Shown here piece after piece: positions 46,740-60,115 of a stretch of 64,000 nucleotides of DNA. The position numbers and the translations under genes are program-made. Source of the DNA: Octopus vulgaris (Eukaryota); NCBI GenBank assembly GCA_951406725.2, contig OX597819.1, forward strand, positions 103,416,001 to 103,480,000, given 5' to 3'. Position 1 is the stretch's first letter. The number at the start of each line of letters is the position of its first letter. The notes under the pieces were generated by a model that saw only the letters and a list, made by a program, of their open reading frames with translations, made no database searches and was not told the DNA's origin.

Positions 46740-47065
46740 CATTTATTCGTTTCAATCGTGTGGATGCGGTCATGTTGGAGCATCACCGTGGTTCTTCAGA
46801 TTTCATCAGCCTGACGTGTTTCACATCACCACTCCTGTATGTGCCTCTGTCCCAGCTGTTGGCCCATTGGGGCATAAGGGAGTTTGCTACCGCTGCCCTC
46901 GTCTGCACTTTCTGTTGGGCTTTTGGTACATCTGGTATTGTGGAGAGGTGGGTGTGCAGTTCCTTTTTGAAGACATCTACTTCCACCTTGAAAAACGGTT
47001 GAAAAACCGCCCGTTTTTCAACATACATTGATAAACAGTTTGGCCATGGGCTCTTAGGAGCCTCG
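46740..47065 (-). mobile_element. CR1-like LINE 3' end (ORF2 C-terminus plus tail)
   Basis: VDVFKKELHTHLSTIPDVP...RAAVANSL matches the CR1-type ORF2 end; tail GGTGATGCTCCAACATGACCGCATCCACACGATTGAAACGAATAAA. Confidence 0.7.
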
Positions 47066-47282
47066 TTCGATTTGTTTTGCTCTGCCTCTGTTCTGTTTTT
47101 GTTTATTCCAATGGATTTCCTATTTCTTCCTAAAGAGAAAGACACAATATGGTCTCATTATTCAATCGGAATTTGGTAAATTGTGCCTTTCGAAACACGT
47201 GTAGAATGCAATAAAACGATTTCTGTTCAATCTTCGTTCAACTCCATTTCTTCAATTCATTATATATATATATATATATATA

Positions 47283-47716
47283 TAACAGGAACAAAAACGC
47301 AATAGAGTACAATAAAAGATTCGGAGAGATAGACGGTACAAGGCGGACAAGAGAAGCAAGTATTAGAAGGATAGGCAAAAAAAGACAGATCATTTGTGGC
47401 TTTCCTTCCTTAGTCAAGTCCCAGAAGTTACGACCATTTCAGACAGTTATACTTGAGACGGTTCGATCTGGTTTCCCCTAAAAATCTAAGCTAAGAGCAT
47501 TAGACCCCTTCGTACGAAAGCTAGGGAATGTATACGGCAACAAAGACAGAAACGGAGAAAATGGTACACAAAAAGACGAAAAATGGAGAACATGCTATAC
47601 AATTACGAATACAAACAACAGGGAAATAACAACAGGTGTCTTTTGACTGAGAATGAATTGAATTGAGCTGGCGTGTATGAAGTGAAAGCCTAAAGGCCGG
47701 TACATAAGAGATGGAA
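47283..47716. mobile_element. Unclassified interspersed-repeat-like insert between TA/TG microsatellites
   Basis: Strand-biased A-rich segment bounded by (TA)n; no recognisable ORF or intact ribozyme. Confidence 0.3.
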
Positions 47717-47757
47717 TATATGTATATATGTGTGTTTGTGTGTATGTATGTATTATG

Positions 47758-47805
<48 letters not shown>

Positions 47806-48154
47806 TCATGTAGAGTGTTTGCGATTTCCAAGTTTCATCACAGGTATCTTATGAAACAATCTGTTTGACGACACACGTTTAACGAAACTTGTACACAGCT
47901 ATTTCTGTTAGATGGAAGTAGAGAGCACATATCAGACTCCTTGGGGCTGAATTATATATATGTATGTATGTGTGTATGTATGTATGTGCGTATGTATGTA
48001 TGTGCGTATGTATGTAACTATGTTTGTATGTATGTACATATCTATACATGAATTAGAAGCGTTAAACAGTGAAGTGTATAAGTATTAACTCGTTAGTAGT
48101 TCGAATACGCTTGAGATATATACTAACCTATGTGAAAGCCATTCACTGACGTTG

Positions 48155-48317
48155 TCATGGAGAAAAAATTCTCGCTGGTGACAAATAGGTGTAAAAAGGC
48201 TAAGTCGACTCAGAGCGACCTCTACCCAGATTGATGTTCTGTTGATGGTGGGGGCCAATGCGAACTCATTTGGGGTGTTTACACCAATTTGCCTGCAGTA
48301 AAAAAATTTCTCCATGA
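48155..48317. mobile_element. MITE-like element with ~40-bp imperfect TIRs
   Basis: TCATGGAGAAAAAATT...CAAATAGGTGTAAA / TTTACACCAATTTG...AAATTTCTCCATGA; no clear TSD. Confidence 0.55.
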
Positions 48318-48406
48318 GGAAATACAGTAAATGGCTTTCTTACGCGTTCGAATATATCGCAAGTATATTTGAATTAGTAGCAAATTCGTGTGTGTGTATG
48401 TATGTA

Positions 48407-48463
<57 letters not shown>

Positions 48464-50570
48464 TAGAGTGAGAGAGAGAAAAAGAGAGAGAAAGACCTGC
48501 AGATACATCGACTCCTTTATTCATACACATATTAGTATTTCCATTTATTCTGTAAATTACCCCCCAGAAGTCCATCAGCCCTCGACAGTCAGTTAGACCA
48601 ATAGAGAACAGTACATTAAGAGGTCAATGAAGGCTATTCAAGTCCACTCAAGGCCAGTTTTGTCCAGTTCAAGACCAGTGAAATCCTAGCAGTATTCGCA
48701 ACTCCATCTTTAGCGTTAATTTCAATAGCCTACCAATAGCGTTTTCCCAGCCTTAGTTAAGAATTTTCTCGGCATCACTTTAAAGCAATTCCTTTGATCT
48801 CTATCAGATTGATGCAGCAATCACTAGATATTCCCCGTACTCCCCTCTTTTATTTGGTCTCCTTCACTAAAACTCACCCACTCTAGTTGTGTATTTATGT
48901 CACTTATATCTTTATCGCGTATTCACCCTCTCTCTCTCTCTCTCTCTTTGCTCGAATACACACGCATATTTGTATGTGTTTATGTACGTATGCATACATA
49001 AATGTATACATACCTACATACACATACACATGAATATATACATATGCATATATATATATATATATACATAGATATATACATACACACACACATACACACA
49101 TATATGTATATGCACATTCATTTGTGTGTGTGTCTGTTTGTTTGTCTGTCTGTCTATGTGTATGTATATGCTTCTGTTCGTATATATACGTATATATATA
49201 TATATATGTATATATATGTATATATATATGCATGTATAGCAACAAACATAGAAACATAGAAAAAATACGTATATACCTATTTACAAACAAATATATATAA
49301 ATGCACAAATACATACACGCACGCACACACTCACATTCACACATACACACACATATTCACTATGAAACATACATAGAGATATATCTTCAGATCTCTTTTT
49401 ACCAATATATTTGCTAAGTTGATGACTCTAAAAGCTGCTTACCACAGTTTTATTGCTCTATAATCTTTGAAAATCCTTAATTCTTTACAGTTTCAGGCTA
49501 TATTATTTGAGTTAAGTTTCCGTCTGATTATTCCTGTAATTTTCATTGTTATTCAGCGACAAAATTTCACCATCTCTCCCTGGTTCCTTTTTATCTACAG
49601 TATGATATATTGCTGGTTTGCACAGGAATTTTTGTACACTAATATATACACACATTCCTACATACTGATATACATACATTCATACAAACATATGCACACA
49701 CACATACACACACACGCGCGCGCACACATGCACACAAATATATACACAACTATATTTAAACGTAATGTAAACATACGAGCACGCACGCACACTCACACAT
49801 CCACACACACATACACACACACATACAGATATATGTATAATTTATACATGAATATATATATATATATATATATATATTACATATACATATAAATATACAT
49901 ACATATATATTTCTGTAGGTAAGTATGCATGTATATATATATATGTATGTATGGACGTATAGATGTATGTATGTATGTATGTATGTAAGTATGTATGTAT
50001 GTATGTATACAGTATGTATGTATGTACCTATGTATGTATGTATGTATGTATGTATGTATGTATGTATGTATTTATGTATGTATGTATGTATGCATGTAAG
50101 TATGTATACTTGCATATTATGTAAATATGCATGTATGTATCAGCTTTATCATGAGCGTGTCTATAGTTGCAAAAACGGTCTAGTTAGACTTTTCGTTTTT
50201 TTTTCTTTTCTTTGCGGTAGAATTTTTCAAACGTTTCAGCGTTAGCAACGAAGTTATATAAAGTTTTTGAGATTCTGTATTCGACTCAAAGTTAACTTTG
50301 TTTATTGCCAAAAAAACTTCTTTTGATAGTCTTTACAATTAGTAAGTTGATGATTACCTACACTCTATTTGAACTACGAGATCCTTACTAGTATTGAGAT
50401 GAAGGTCCTTGAAATTGCCTTTACAAATAACTATAGAACATATAAGTACTTTGGTTAAAATACACTCCGTAGATGTTGTCTTGTTGATTGTACCTTCAGT
50501 AAAACATGTCTCAGTCATTCCTTTCAGTAGAAAATAGTCTCTTTCGTAGTATATTCTCCACCTCTTCTCC

Positions 50571-50623
<53 letters not shown>

Positions 50624-50687
50624 ACTTATCTGCATAGGTTGTTTATATATATTATATGCACATATATCTACGCATACGTGTTTCTCT

Positions 50688-50736
<49 letters not shown>

Positions 50737-50765
50737 CAGGCAGACATATAGATGGATGGATAGAC

Positions 50766-50859
<94 letters not shown>

Positions 50860-51180
50860 CTGGAACTCCATCGGTTGCGATGGTGTGAGATCCTGTCGAT
50901 CCGGTCAACAGAACAACCTGCTCATGAAATTAACGTGCAAGGCGCCGAGCACTCCACAGTCACCTCTACCCTTAACATATTTCTCAGGGAGCTTCAGCTT
51001 GACATAGTGTGACAAGGCTGGCCGTTTGAAATGCACGTTCTACTCATTTTTGCTAACTGAGTGGACTGAAGCAACGTGAAATAAAGTATCTTGCTGAAGG
51101 ACACAACGCATCGCTGCGAATTGAACTCACGACGATACGATCGTGAACCGAATACCTTAACCAATAAGATACGTGCTTTC
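50860..51180 (-). mobile_element. tRNA-derived SINE with V-like and Nin-like domains
   Basis: Minus-strand head TTGGTTAAGGTATTCGG...GTGAGTTCAATTCGC; body GCACGTTAATTTCATGAGCAGGTTGTTCTGTTGACCGGATC; ends at (TATC)n. Confidence 0.8.
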
Positions 51181-51278
51181 AAAGATAGATAAGTATATAT
51201 ATATTTATATATTCATCGTATTGATCCGTTAATTCCGACACATTTTTTCTCGTACTCTCACTATTTTTTCTCTCAATC

Positions 51279-51395
51279 CTTTCTGTCGAAGAGCGTAGGC
51301 TCGAAATCTCAATTTTTTGACGATCGTCAAAGTAATGTCCCTGCTTGTTGTTCGCTCACCTGTCTTCATCTTTTGTTTTCTGTAAATTAGAACTG
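51279..51395 (+). mobile_element. Repeat fragment with degenerate hammerhead motif
   Basis: CTGTCGA A GAGC-GTAG-GCTC GAAA, the same stem II arms as the 2635-2669 motif; stems III and I eroded. Confidence 0.45.
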
Positions 51396-51898
51396 TGTAT
51401 GTGTGTATGTATGTATGTATGTATATGTAAAATCATACATACATACTGTGTGGCCTAATATGTCATTGTATCTACTAAATTAAGTCAAATGTCAGGATGT
51501 TACTTCGTTGTAATAGCACTTATAGGTACATAGGTTGCAACATTGTCGGTGTTCTATCGCCTGAGGCGATCGGAGTTGAACAGAACAAATCAAGAATTTA
51601 TGTTGCACGTTCTGTTATGTATACTTATTCGACTCTCATGCCCAGACATATGCCATTCATCAGTTTGAGTCATCTTCAGCAGTTTATTTTCATTTCATTT
51701 GTGCAAATCGTCGGAACCATAAATGTTTTACACTCCATTTTTCATTTCACAAAATATTTCGTCTGCTGAAGATTAGGTGGAAAGAAAAGTTGGTATGATG
51801 GTGGTGCATATTGAAGCAGAAATAAGCGAGCATAGCTGTCCCCTAGTCTCGAGATAATCTAACGCTCTTTTCCCCTGGAGAAAACGTGACCATTAAAA

Positions 51899-51934
<36 letters not shown>

Positions 51935-51967
51935 CAAACATATATATATATATATACACATATATAA

Positions 51968-52309
51968 AGGGTAAAGACCCCCTTCGGTCATGAATGACCA
52001 TGAGATTGCACCTAGAAAGTTACCCTCCTAGACACAAGTCCGGGCAAGGTTGTTTATGGAAGACCAACAGTCGCCTATGCATACCAGCCTCCCCTCACCA
52101 CGCCACCAGTGTTATCCAAGGGAAAGACAAAGGTCGATACAGCCTGGCACCAGTGACGTCGCAACTTATTTCTACAGCTGAGTGAACTGGAGCAACGTGA
52201 AATAAAGTGTCTTGCTCAAGAACACAACACGCAGCCCGGTCCGGGATTCGAGCTCACAACCTCACGATCGTAAGCTCGACGCTCTAACCACTGAGCCATG
52301 CGCCTTCAC
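51968..52309 (-). mobile_element. tRNA-derived SINE (V-domain-like body), well preserved
   Basis: Minus strand GTGAAGGCGCATGGCTCAGTGGTTAGAGCG...GAGCTCGAATCCC; homologous along its length to the 19470 copy. Confidence 0.88.
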
Positions 52310-52354
52310 ATATATACATACATATATATAGATACATACACACACACACACACA

Positions 52355-52411
<57 letters not shown>

Positions 52412-52528
52412 TGTGTGAAGGTTATTTCTATAGATACTCTATAGAACTTATACCCACCACTGATCTTTGCTACAACGTTTCATATCGACATGTCAGATAT
52501 AAACAATCTGAGAGTAGACAAAAATAGG

Positions 52529-52565
<37 letters not shown>

Positions 52566-53212
52566 ACACATGTATATACGTAAATAAATATATATATACA
52601 CTTACGTATATATAAGTACGCATGTTTGCATGTATGAATATATGTGCGTGTGTGTGTGTGTGTGTTGATGTATATGTGTGTGTGTGTGTGTATATATGTA
52701 TGTCGTCCGTATGTGGTTTTCTATGTGTAAGGATTCAGTACAGAGTTTGAAATGTTTAGGTAAGGCCGTTCTTGCCTGATTGTCAACCTTGGTAACCAGT
52801 TACGTCAGAAATCGTAATATAGTCAAAATATTTAAAAAGAGAGACTCCGAATAAGCATTGATACGTCTATAAATAAAATACGCATTAACCCATCTTAACA
52901 ATCGGTCATATATAATATATATGACGTAAATAAATGACGAAAAGGGGAAATTGTAAGTTATATAAATGTTTTGAACAGTTATGATGTTTGAAGAGATATA
53001 TCCATGGTAAAGCCACAGAGCCGTCCTTTTTTTTTTTCTATATATTTTTATTGGTATCGTTCGTTTTTTTTTATTTATTTAAATTTACAGTGTATACATA
53101 CATGTTACTAAGACTGACAGTCAGACCAGAAGTGCCTCACCTAAATATTTGAAATTTTGTACTGAATCAATAGATATAAACTGACACATACAGATATATG
53201 TATCTACATACA

Positions 53213-53256
<44 letters not shown>

Positions 53257-53325
53257 AGCGCACGTGTGTGTGTATGTGTGTGTTTGTGTGTTTGTGTGTG
53301 TACGTGTGTCTGTCTGTCATTGTGC

Positions 53326-53773
53326 GCGCGGAGGAAGTCAAAACTTATCAGTATGTTCGCCAAAACTTATTTTAGGTTGGCCTCACTGTCTTCAGCACTC
53401 GCGTAATTAAATGCGGTAACCTGGTGACTAAGTAACTGAGGTTTGACCTTAATAACTCCTGTTTTCTTTCTTGTGTTACAGAGTACACATGGCCGCTCTG
53501 CTGGAAGAATAGAGATCAATGATCCAATTTCTCTGATCGGAAGTTTTTTCAGGGGCTAAAATTCATCATGATTTTTAAGCAATACAGGGGTAGCACTCTA
53601 TCGCGTAGAAGAGTGTATGAGTGGATCGAGAACTTTAAAAATTGTACAAGTGTGAAGTACGAATACGGTGCAGGACATCCAAGGACCTCCACCACCGACG
53701 TGATCATTCAGTAGGCTCAAGAGATGGTTCAGGCGAAACGATGAGTGACCATCGATGACCGCTGGAAGAATAG
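53326..53773 (+). mobile_element. Degenerate mariner (irritans-like) 5' fragment
   Basis: Remnant translation RSMIQFL...QYRGSTLSRRRVYEWIENFKN..TSVKYEYGAGHPRTSTTD...AKR*VTIDD (HTH DNA-binding region) with stops. Confidence 0.7.
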
Positions 53774-53862
53774 CAGCGAAAGGTAAGCAGGCTACCTCGA
53801 AAACATTTTATAATTGTTCAACACCTGCTTTGCTTTGATGAATTACAGAAACAAACATACGC

Positions 53863-53943
<81 letters not shown>

Positions 53944-53945
<2 letters not shown>

Positions 53946-53981
53946 CTCAGAGTTTCACGTTCCCGTTCGTCGTGCAGTTTT
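53944..53981 (-). ncRNA. Hammerhead motif truncated at its cleavage site
   Basis: Minus strand AAAACTGC ACGACGA ACG-GGAA-CGT GAAA CTCTGAG TA, then (TA)n; same family as 38001-38038; core box mutated. Confidence 0.6.
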
Positions 53982-54809
53982 GTTAAAATAGAACAGAAAT
54001 AACGATGTGATCAAAACTAGTTAAAGGATACACCTTTAAAAATGGAGTTATTTCATTGGTCCTTTCAAATAACGGTCTTAAGCATGAGATAAACAAAATA
54101 AACAAAATAAATGAATTCAATATAAATTCATCCTTTTATTAAAAAAATCCAGGAAAAACCTTAAATCGAAGAGCGGATTCAAAATACATATTGGCAATAA
54201 TGATATATGAAATATAATTCGATTAATACAATACATTAAAAATTAAAATATTGTACAACAGTATATACGCACACTAAACCATCAATGTACATATATACAT
54301 CAAAATACATAGATGGATATACATGTGTATTTTGATGTATATATGTATTATTCTTGTCGGCATTGTTGTTTTTATTGTCGTTGTTATTGTTATTACTGCT
54401 CACTCAAAGCCAACTGCGTCTGAGCAAAATCATGATCATCAGCATTCAAGCTGTGAGCGTTTCCCTTTTTGCATGACGTTACTGTGTAATTTCACGGGTG
54501 TTTGACTGCTATTTCTAGCATACCTAGCAATTGAGTAGAGGTCTCGAACGTGAAACTCTGAGTATATATTTCTATTGTTGTTGTTGTAGTTGTCCAATCT
54601 TAAATTAACCTTGGTTCAGTAAACTTGTTATCTAAGACATTCACCGGCCCTGAAACATTAACCAACATGTCCATATTATTTATTCCAAAGACTTCTTTAT
54701 TCAAGAAACCAGACTGTGTTTTGAGGGAGATTTGGGGGCGGACTCTAGCGGACAGAACGATAAATTGAAAGTTCTTTTGTTTTGAATTATTCTTGTTGTC
54801 AAAGCAATG

Positions 54810-55010
54810 TAGCAAAGTTGTTAGAGCATCGGCAAAACGTAATTTCTTCTGGCTTATCAGCACTCATGTTCTGTGTTCAAATCTCACCAAGGCCAAGTGA
54901 AAATATCATCCATCCGGTGTCAAAAAGAGACAACGTACCAGTCAAAAACTGGTGTTCATATAAATTTCTAATAACATCCATCAAAATTTCTGGCCTTGCG
55001 TTAACATTAC
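54810..55010 (+). mobile_element. Degenerate MetaSINE-like SINE
   Basis: GTTCTGTGTTCAAATCTCACCAAGGCC...CATCC...GTACCAG...TGGCCTTG. Confidence 0.45.
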
Positions 55011-55254
55011 GAGCAATTATTATTGTGGATGGTTTTCTTGCTTGCTGTTCTAGTTATTGTCACATTGTTACCGCTGCTAGTGTTGTTATTCCTGTGGCTG
55101 TTGCTGCTTCAGTTGTTGTTGTTGTTGTTGTTGTTGTTGCTATTGTTACTGTTACCGCTGTGTATTTTAAATAATTGCAATATAAAGAGATATTAGCGAT
55201 GTGAACAGCAAAAAGACATTTGTTTCCCACGCAATTATGCCAATGATACATCCA

Positions 55255-55439
55255 AAATACACACACACACACACACACATGCGCTCGTACACATATGAAA
55301 CCGCACACAAACTGCACAGCTCGCGAGTAATACATGCATATACATAAATGCAACTACCCTGAAACCCCAAAACATTTAAGTACAACATAAATGCACACCC
55401 ATATCCATAAAGACATATACACAAATATATAAATATGTC

Positions 55440-55484
<45 letters not shown>

Positions 55485-55580
55485 ACAAATAACACTTCTA
55501 TGTACGTATGTGTGTGTATATACATATGCATACATGCACATGTGCAAACAGATCCAGCCACACCCATATGTATTCCTTCG

Positions 55581-55612
<32 letters not shown>

Positions 55613-56118
55613 CACAAACACACACCCAACATAAGCTGCCATCAGATTTACCATCCCAGTTTACACACATATTGCTTCTATTTTCGTCCCATTTATAGAT
55701 ATATAGACAAGTGTATGTATATGTGTCTGTATGTATACATATATACATAGATATATGCATATATATATATATATATATACATACATATACATATATTTAT
55801 ATACACTCACACACATATATGTATTTGTTTATAGACACACGATTGTAATCAAAGATGCACACAGACACACACACACACACTCATACACACACGCATACCT
55901 ACACACAAATATATATACATACATACGTGGGTACATATATATAAGCACATACACATATACACTCACATATGCATGAATATATATGTGGATCTTCATTCTT
56001 AGTATTAGGGTATTTGTCATCTATTTATCTGTAGATATGTGTGCAGGTGTCTGTGTGTGGATATGTATATATACACACATATATAAGTTTGTATATATAT
56101 ATACATGCCTATATATAA

Positions 56119-56170
<52 letters not shown>

Positions 56171-56235
56171 ATATACATGTTTATATATGTACATGTAGAT
56201 ATATCTCTATCTCTCTCTCTCTATCTCTCTCTCTC

Positions 56236-56279
<44 letters not shown>

Positions 56280-56690
56280 CGTATGCATGCAATTACATGA
56301 GCGGGCGCAGAAACATGGATATGTGTTAAGTAATAAACACGTATATACGTGAAAAGATACAAATATATACATATAAATGGGTCGAGTATGTTTGTACACA
56401 TATATACATTTACATATGTCTTTCTTTTTCTTTCTCCTACATACCCATTTCCGTATCTGTCATGTATATATGTGAACATCTGTCTCCATATGTGTATGTT
56501 CGTGTGCTCCGCATATATATTCACACACACACACTCACAAACAGGTACACGCACGCAGCCATACACACACACCTACGCACACGCACAGAAGTAAAGTATT
56601 TACGTATGCATGTGTGTTTGCCTATTTTGTGTGTCTGTATGTGTGTGCATAAATGATAAAATGCGACCTATATTATCTACACCTCTATAC

Positions 56691-56722
<32 letters not shown>

Positions 56723-56781
56723 TTTTATATATATAAATATATGTACGTATATATATATTTATATATATGCATATGTGTATA

Positions 56782-56829
<48 letters not shown>

Positions 56830-57085
56830 CAATACTATGTATATGTACATACTTACACACACATATGGACACAGATGGGCAATTTACACAAAATTGACAA
56901 GAATATTTGGCTTGTGAAAAATTACTCTAAATCTGTGTCTCTCTACCTCTCTATCTCTTTTTTTCTCCTTTTCTCTCTCTCTCTCTCTCTCTTATTCACA
57001 CACACACACATTCAATCAAATACACACACGTACACATATAGATGCACACACAAATACATACAAACACGCACATCTTTCCTCTCTA
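55255..57085. repeat. (CA)n/(TA)n/(TC)n microsatellite field
   Basis: Directly visible. Confidence 0.9.
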
Positions 57086-57385
57086 TAACACTACCGCATC
57101 AACCACCCTTCCCAACGTATTTTCCCTTGACCTTCGTGTCAGTATGAAGTTAACAATTTTGGGGCGGGGAACCGTTTCATAAATATTTATGACATTTATA
57201 TCAGCCATCTACAGCACATTAAAGTTGCCTTATCACGTGACCTTATCCCCCATATTATATGTGTGTAATGCCATCTTCCGGTTTTTTTCCAAGTTCCCAA
57301 GATTTTTTTTCACGGAGAATGAGGGTGGGGTTCTAGGATAGCATTATTTATTTAATATTGATGTTGTTAGAATGTTTTTTATCGC

Positions 57386-57447
<62 letters not shown>

Positions 57448-57515
57448 GTTATCATTATTATTATTATTATTATTATTGTCATCATCAGCTTCATCATTTA
57501 TTGTTATTATTATCA

Positions 57516-57576
<61 letters not shown>

Positions 57577-57577
57577 G

Positions 57578-57790
57578 TCAGCAAGCTGGCAGTATCGTTA
57601 GCAAGCCGTGCAAAATGCTTAGTGACATTTTCTCCGTCATTAAGCTCTGAGATCAAATTCCGCCGAGGTCGACTTTGCCTTTCATCATTTCGGGGTCGAT
57701 AAAAATAAGTATCAGTTGAAGACTGGGGTCGATTTGATGGACTTTCTCCTTCTCCCAAAATTGCTGGCCTTGTGACAAAATTTGAAACTA
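57578..57790 (+). mobile_element. MetaSINE-like SINE flanked by (ATT)n
   Basis: CCGCCGAGGTCGACTTTGCCTTTCATCATTTCGGGGTCGATAAAAATAAGTATCAG; tail GGCCTTGTGACAAAATTTGAAAC. Confidence 0.8.
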
Positions 57791-57802
57791 TTATTATTAT
57801 TC

Positions 57803-58403
57803 AGTAGTCTTATTTTTATTACGTGCTTTCACTGCATTACCGAACGTAACTGTGTACCTTTGGTATGTGGTCTTTTTTTCGCCGTATTGGAAGTGCTTTA
57901 CGTAGCATATATGCAGTGCCTAGTAGTGCTATTTTCTGTATGTTATATACACTTGTAAGTCCTGATGTTATGGATATGTATTTCTCTGAATTTTATTTTT
58001 GTATTTTTTTTATCATACCTAATACGCCTACTATGATAGGAATTGTTTCTGTTTTTAGATTCCAATTCAAATTACCTCCATTTCTATATCCTTGTATTTT
58101 GAAAGTTCCTCCATTTCTTTTAGAAAAACTTTGACATCTGTTGGTATTGATACATCAATTTGAAGAAATATTTTTTCTTAGTGATCTCTGACAACTATAT
58201 CTGGTCTATTAGCTTTGGTTTCTCTATCTGTTTGTATTGGCATATCTCAGAGCATGGTTGCTTTCACATTTTCTTCGACCATTTCTGGACTGTGTCTGTA
58301 CCATCTTTTTCTGTTATTTCATAGTGTGTGAATACAGTCTTTCTTAGCCAGAACTGACCAGCTAGAGACAATATGATTTATTGCTTCCCCTCCATTACCA
58401 CAT

Positions 58404-58405
<2 letters not shown>
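57803..58405 (-). mobile_element. R4/Dong-like RLE-type LINE 3' fragment
   Basis: Minus strand ICGNGGEAINHIVSS (CCHC knuckle remnant), DMPIQTDRETKANRPDIVV, DVSIP, LSKYKDIE, TIPIIVGVLG, IQKIALLGTAYMLRK; flanked by (AAT)n/(ATG)n. Confidence 0.8.
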
Positions 58406-58472
<67 letters not shown>

Positions 58473-58474
58473 GC

Positions 58475-58656
58475 ACTCAGTTCAAATTCCACCGTTTGGC
58501 TTTCCTCCTTTCGGGGTAATTAAAATAAATGCCAGTTATGCACTGAGGTCGATATAGCTGACTAGATCCTCCCCCATAATTTCAGGCCTTGTGCCTATAG
58601 CAGAAATAATTCTTCGTTTTTTTTTTCGCTACTTGTTTCAGTCACTTGACTGAGGC

Positions 58657-58738
<82 letters not shown>

Positions 58739-59280
58739 TAGTCGGAAAAATCGATCCCAGGACTTATTCTTTGTAAGCTTAGTATTTTATCTATCGGGCT
58801 TTGTTTAAGCAGTGTTGAGAATTGGCGTCGATGTAATCCACTTAACCCCTTCCTACTAAATTGCTCACTTTGTGCCAAAATTTGAAACCATCATCATCAT
58901 CAAAATTAACATCATCCGATGTTAATTTTGTCTTTCATCCTTGTGAAACATTAACATAGTGTACCAGTGAAATATTGGATCGATAGTGTAGGCTAATTTC
59001 CCGCCTCAAAACTCTTGGCCTTATGGCCAAATGAGACATCATAATAATTATATTTACTATTATTTAGGCGGCGAAATGAAAAGACTGTTAACGTGCTGGC
59101 AAAGTGCTTAAGGAAATTTATTCCGGGTTTTTACGTTCTGAGTTCAAGTTCCGCCGAGGTCAAATTTGCCTTTCAGCCTCTCAAGGTTAATTAAATAGAA
59201 TACCTAATAAGTACTGAAGTCGATGCAATCGATTGCCTCCTTACCTCAAGATTTCAGACATTGTGCCAAAATTTGAAAGA
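58475..59280. mobile_element. Cluster of SINE fragments (mostly MetaSINE-like on +, one CR1-tail fragment on -) separated by (CAT)n/(ATT)n
   Basis: Repeated family motifs at ~58478-58600, 58629-58800, 58810-58890, 58930-59035 and 59066-59280. Confidence 0.65.
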
Positions 59281-60040
59281 AATTCCTTAAACTTTTTAAG
59301 TGATGCTTGCACTTTTCCTTTCTGGGACCATTAAAATGAGTCATATACGAGACCGAGCTCATGGTCTATATCAGCTACCAAAAATTTCTGACGATGTTTT
59401 CTGTATAGAGATTATGGACGGCTGGTCTTATAGTATTTATGCATCTAAATTAAGAACTTACGTGTTTTACCTTTAAATCCTGCCAAGACTAATTTCCATT
59501 TTCAAGAGCCTTCTGTGATAACCGCAATCTGTCATAATTCCTTTCACATCTATGATGTATTTTTTTAGGAACATGAATCCCCTTCATAGCCTGATTCGTA
59601 CTTATTTTAGTGATCATGCTGTAAGATATGTGCACTCTTGCTTCTGTTTTAGAAATCATCCTTTTGAACATTGGCCATTGGCTGATTTTACTGTGTATAA
59701 TATATATATCCTTTGTATCGTGGGGTGTCAAATTTTGTCAGTGTCGACATTGGATTACACTCACATGAGGTCGACGAAACATATAATGAATAAGGTTGGT
59801 ATAATCGATAAACCAACTAATAATTCAGAACCGATCACTTCCCGCGGTTACCTACTCTCTGTCATCCCCGCAACTTGCAACACCATTAGTACTACCTTCA
59901 CCATTATCATCTTCACAATAAACCTCCTCCTGTTCCTCTTCCTCATCATCATCACCATCGTCACCTTCTTATCTACCACCACCACTACCATAGCTATAAT
60001 AACATAATTTCATCATTCGTCCCCGCCATCCACCCATCAC

Positions 60041-60115
<75 letters not shown>

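Noticed and set aside
59489-60007. 151-aa and 80-aa ORFs in unique-looking DNA
   Set aside because: No recognisable domain; the C-terminal part runs into (CAT)n low-complexity sequence
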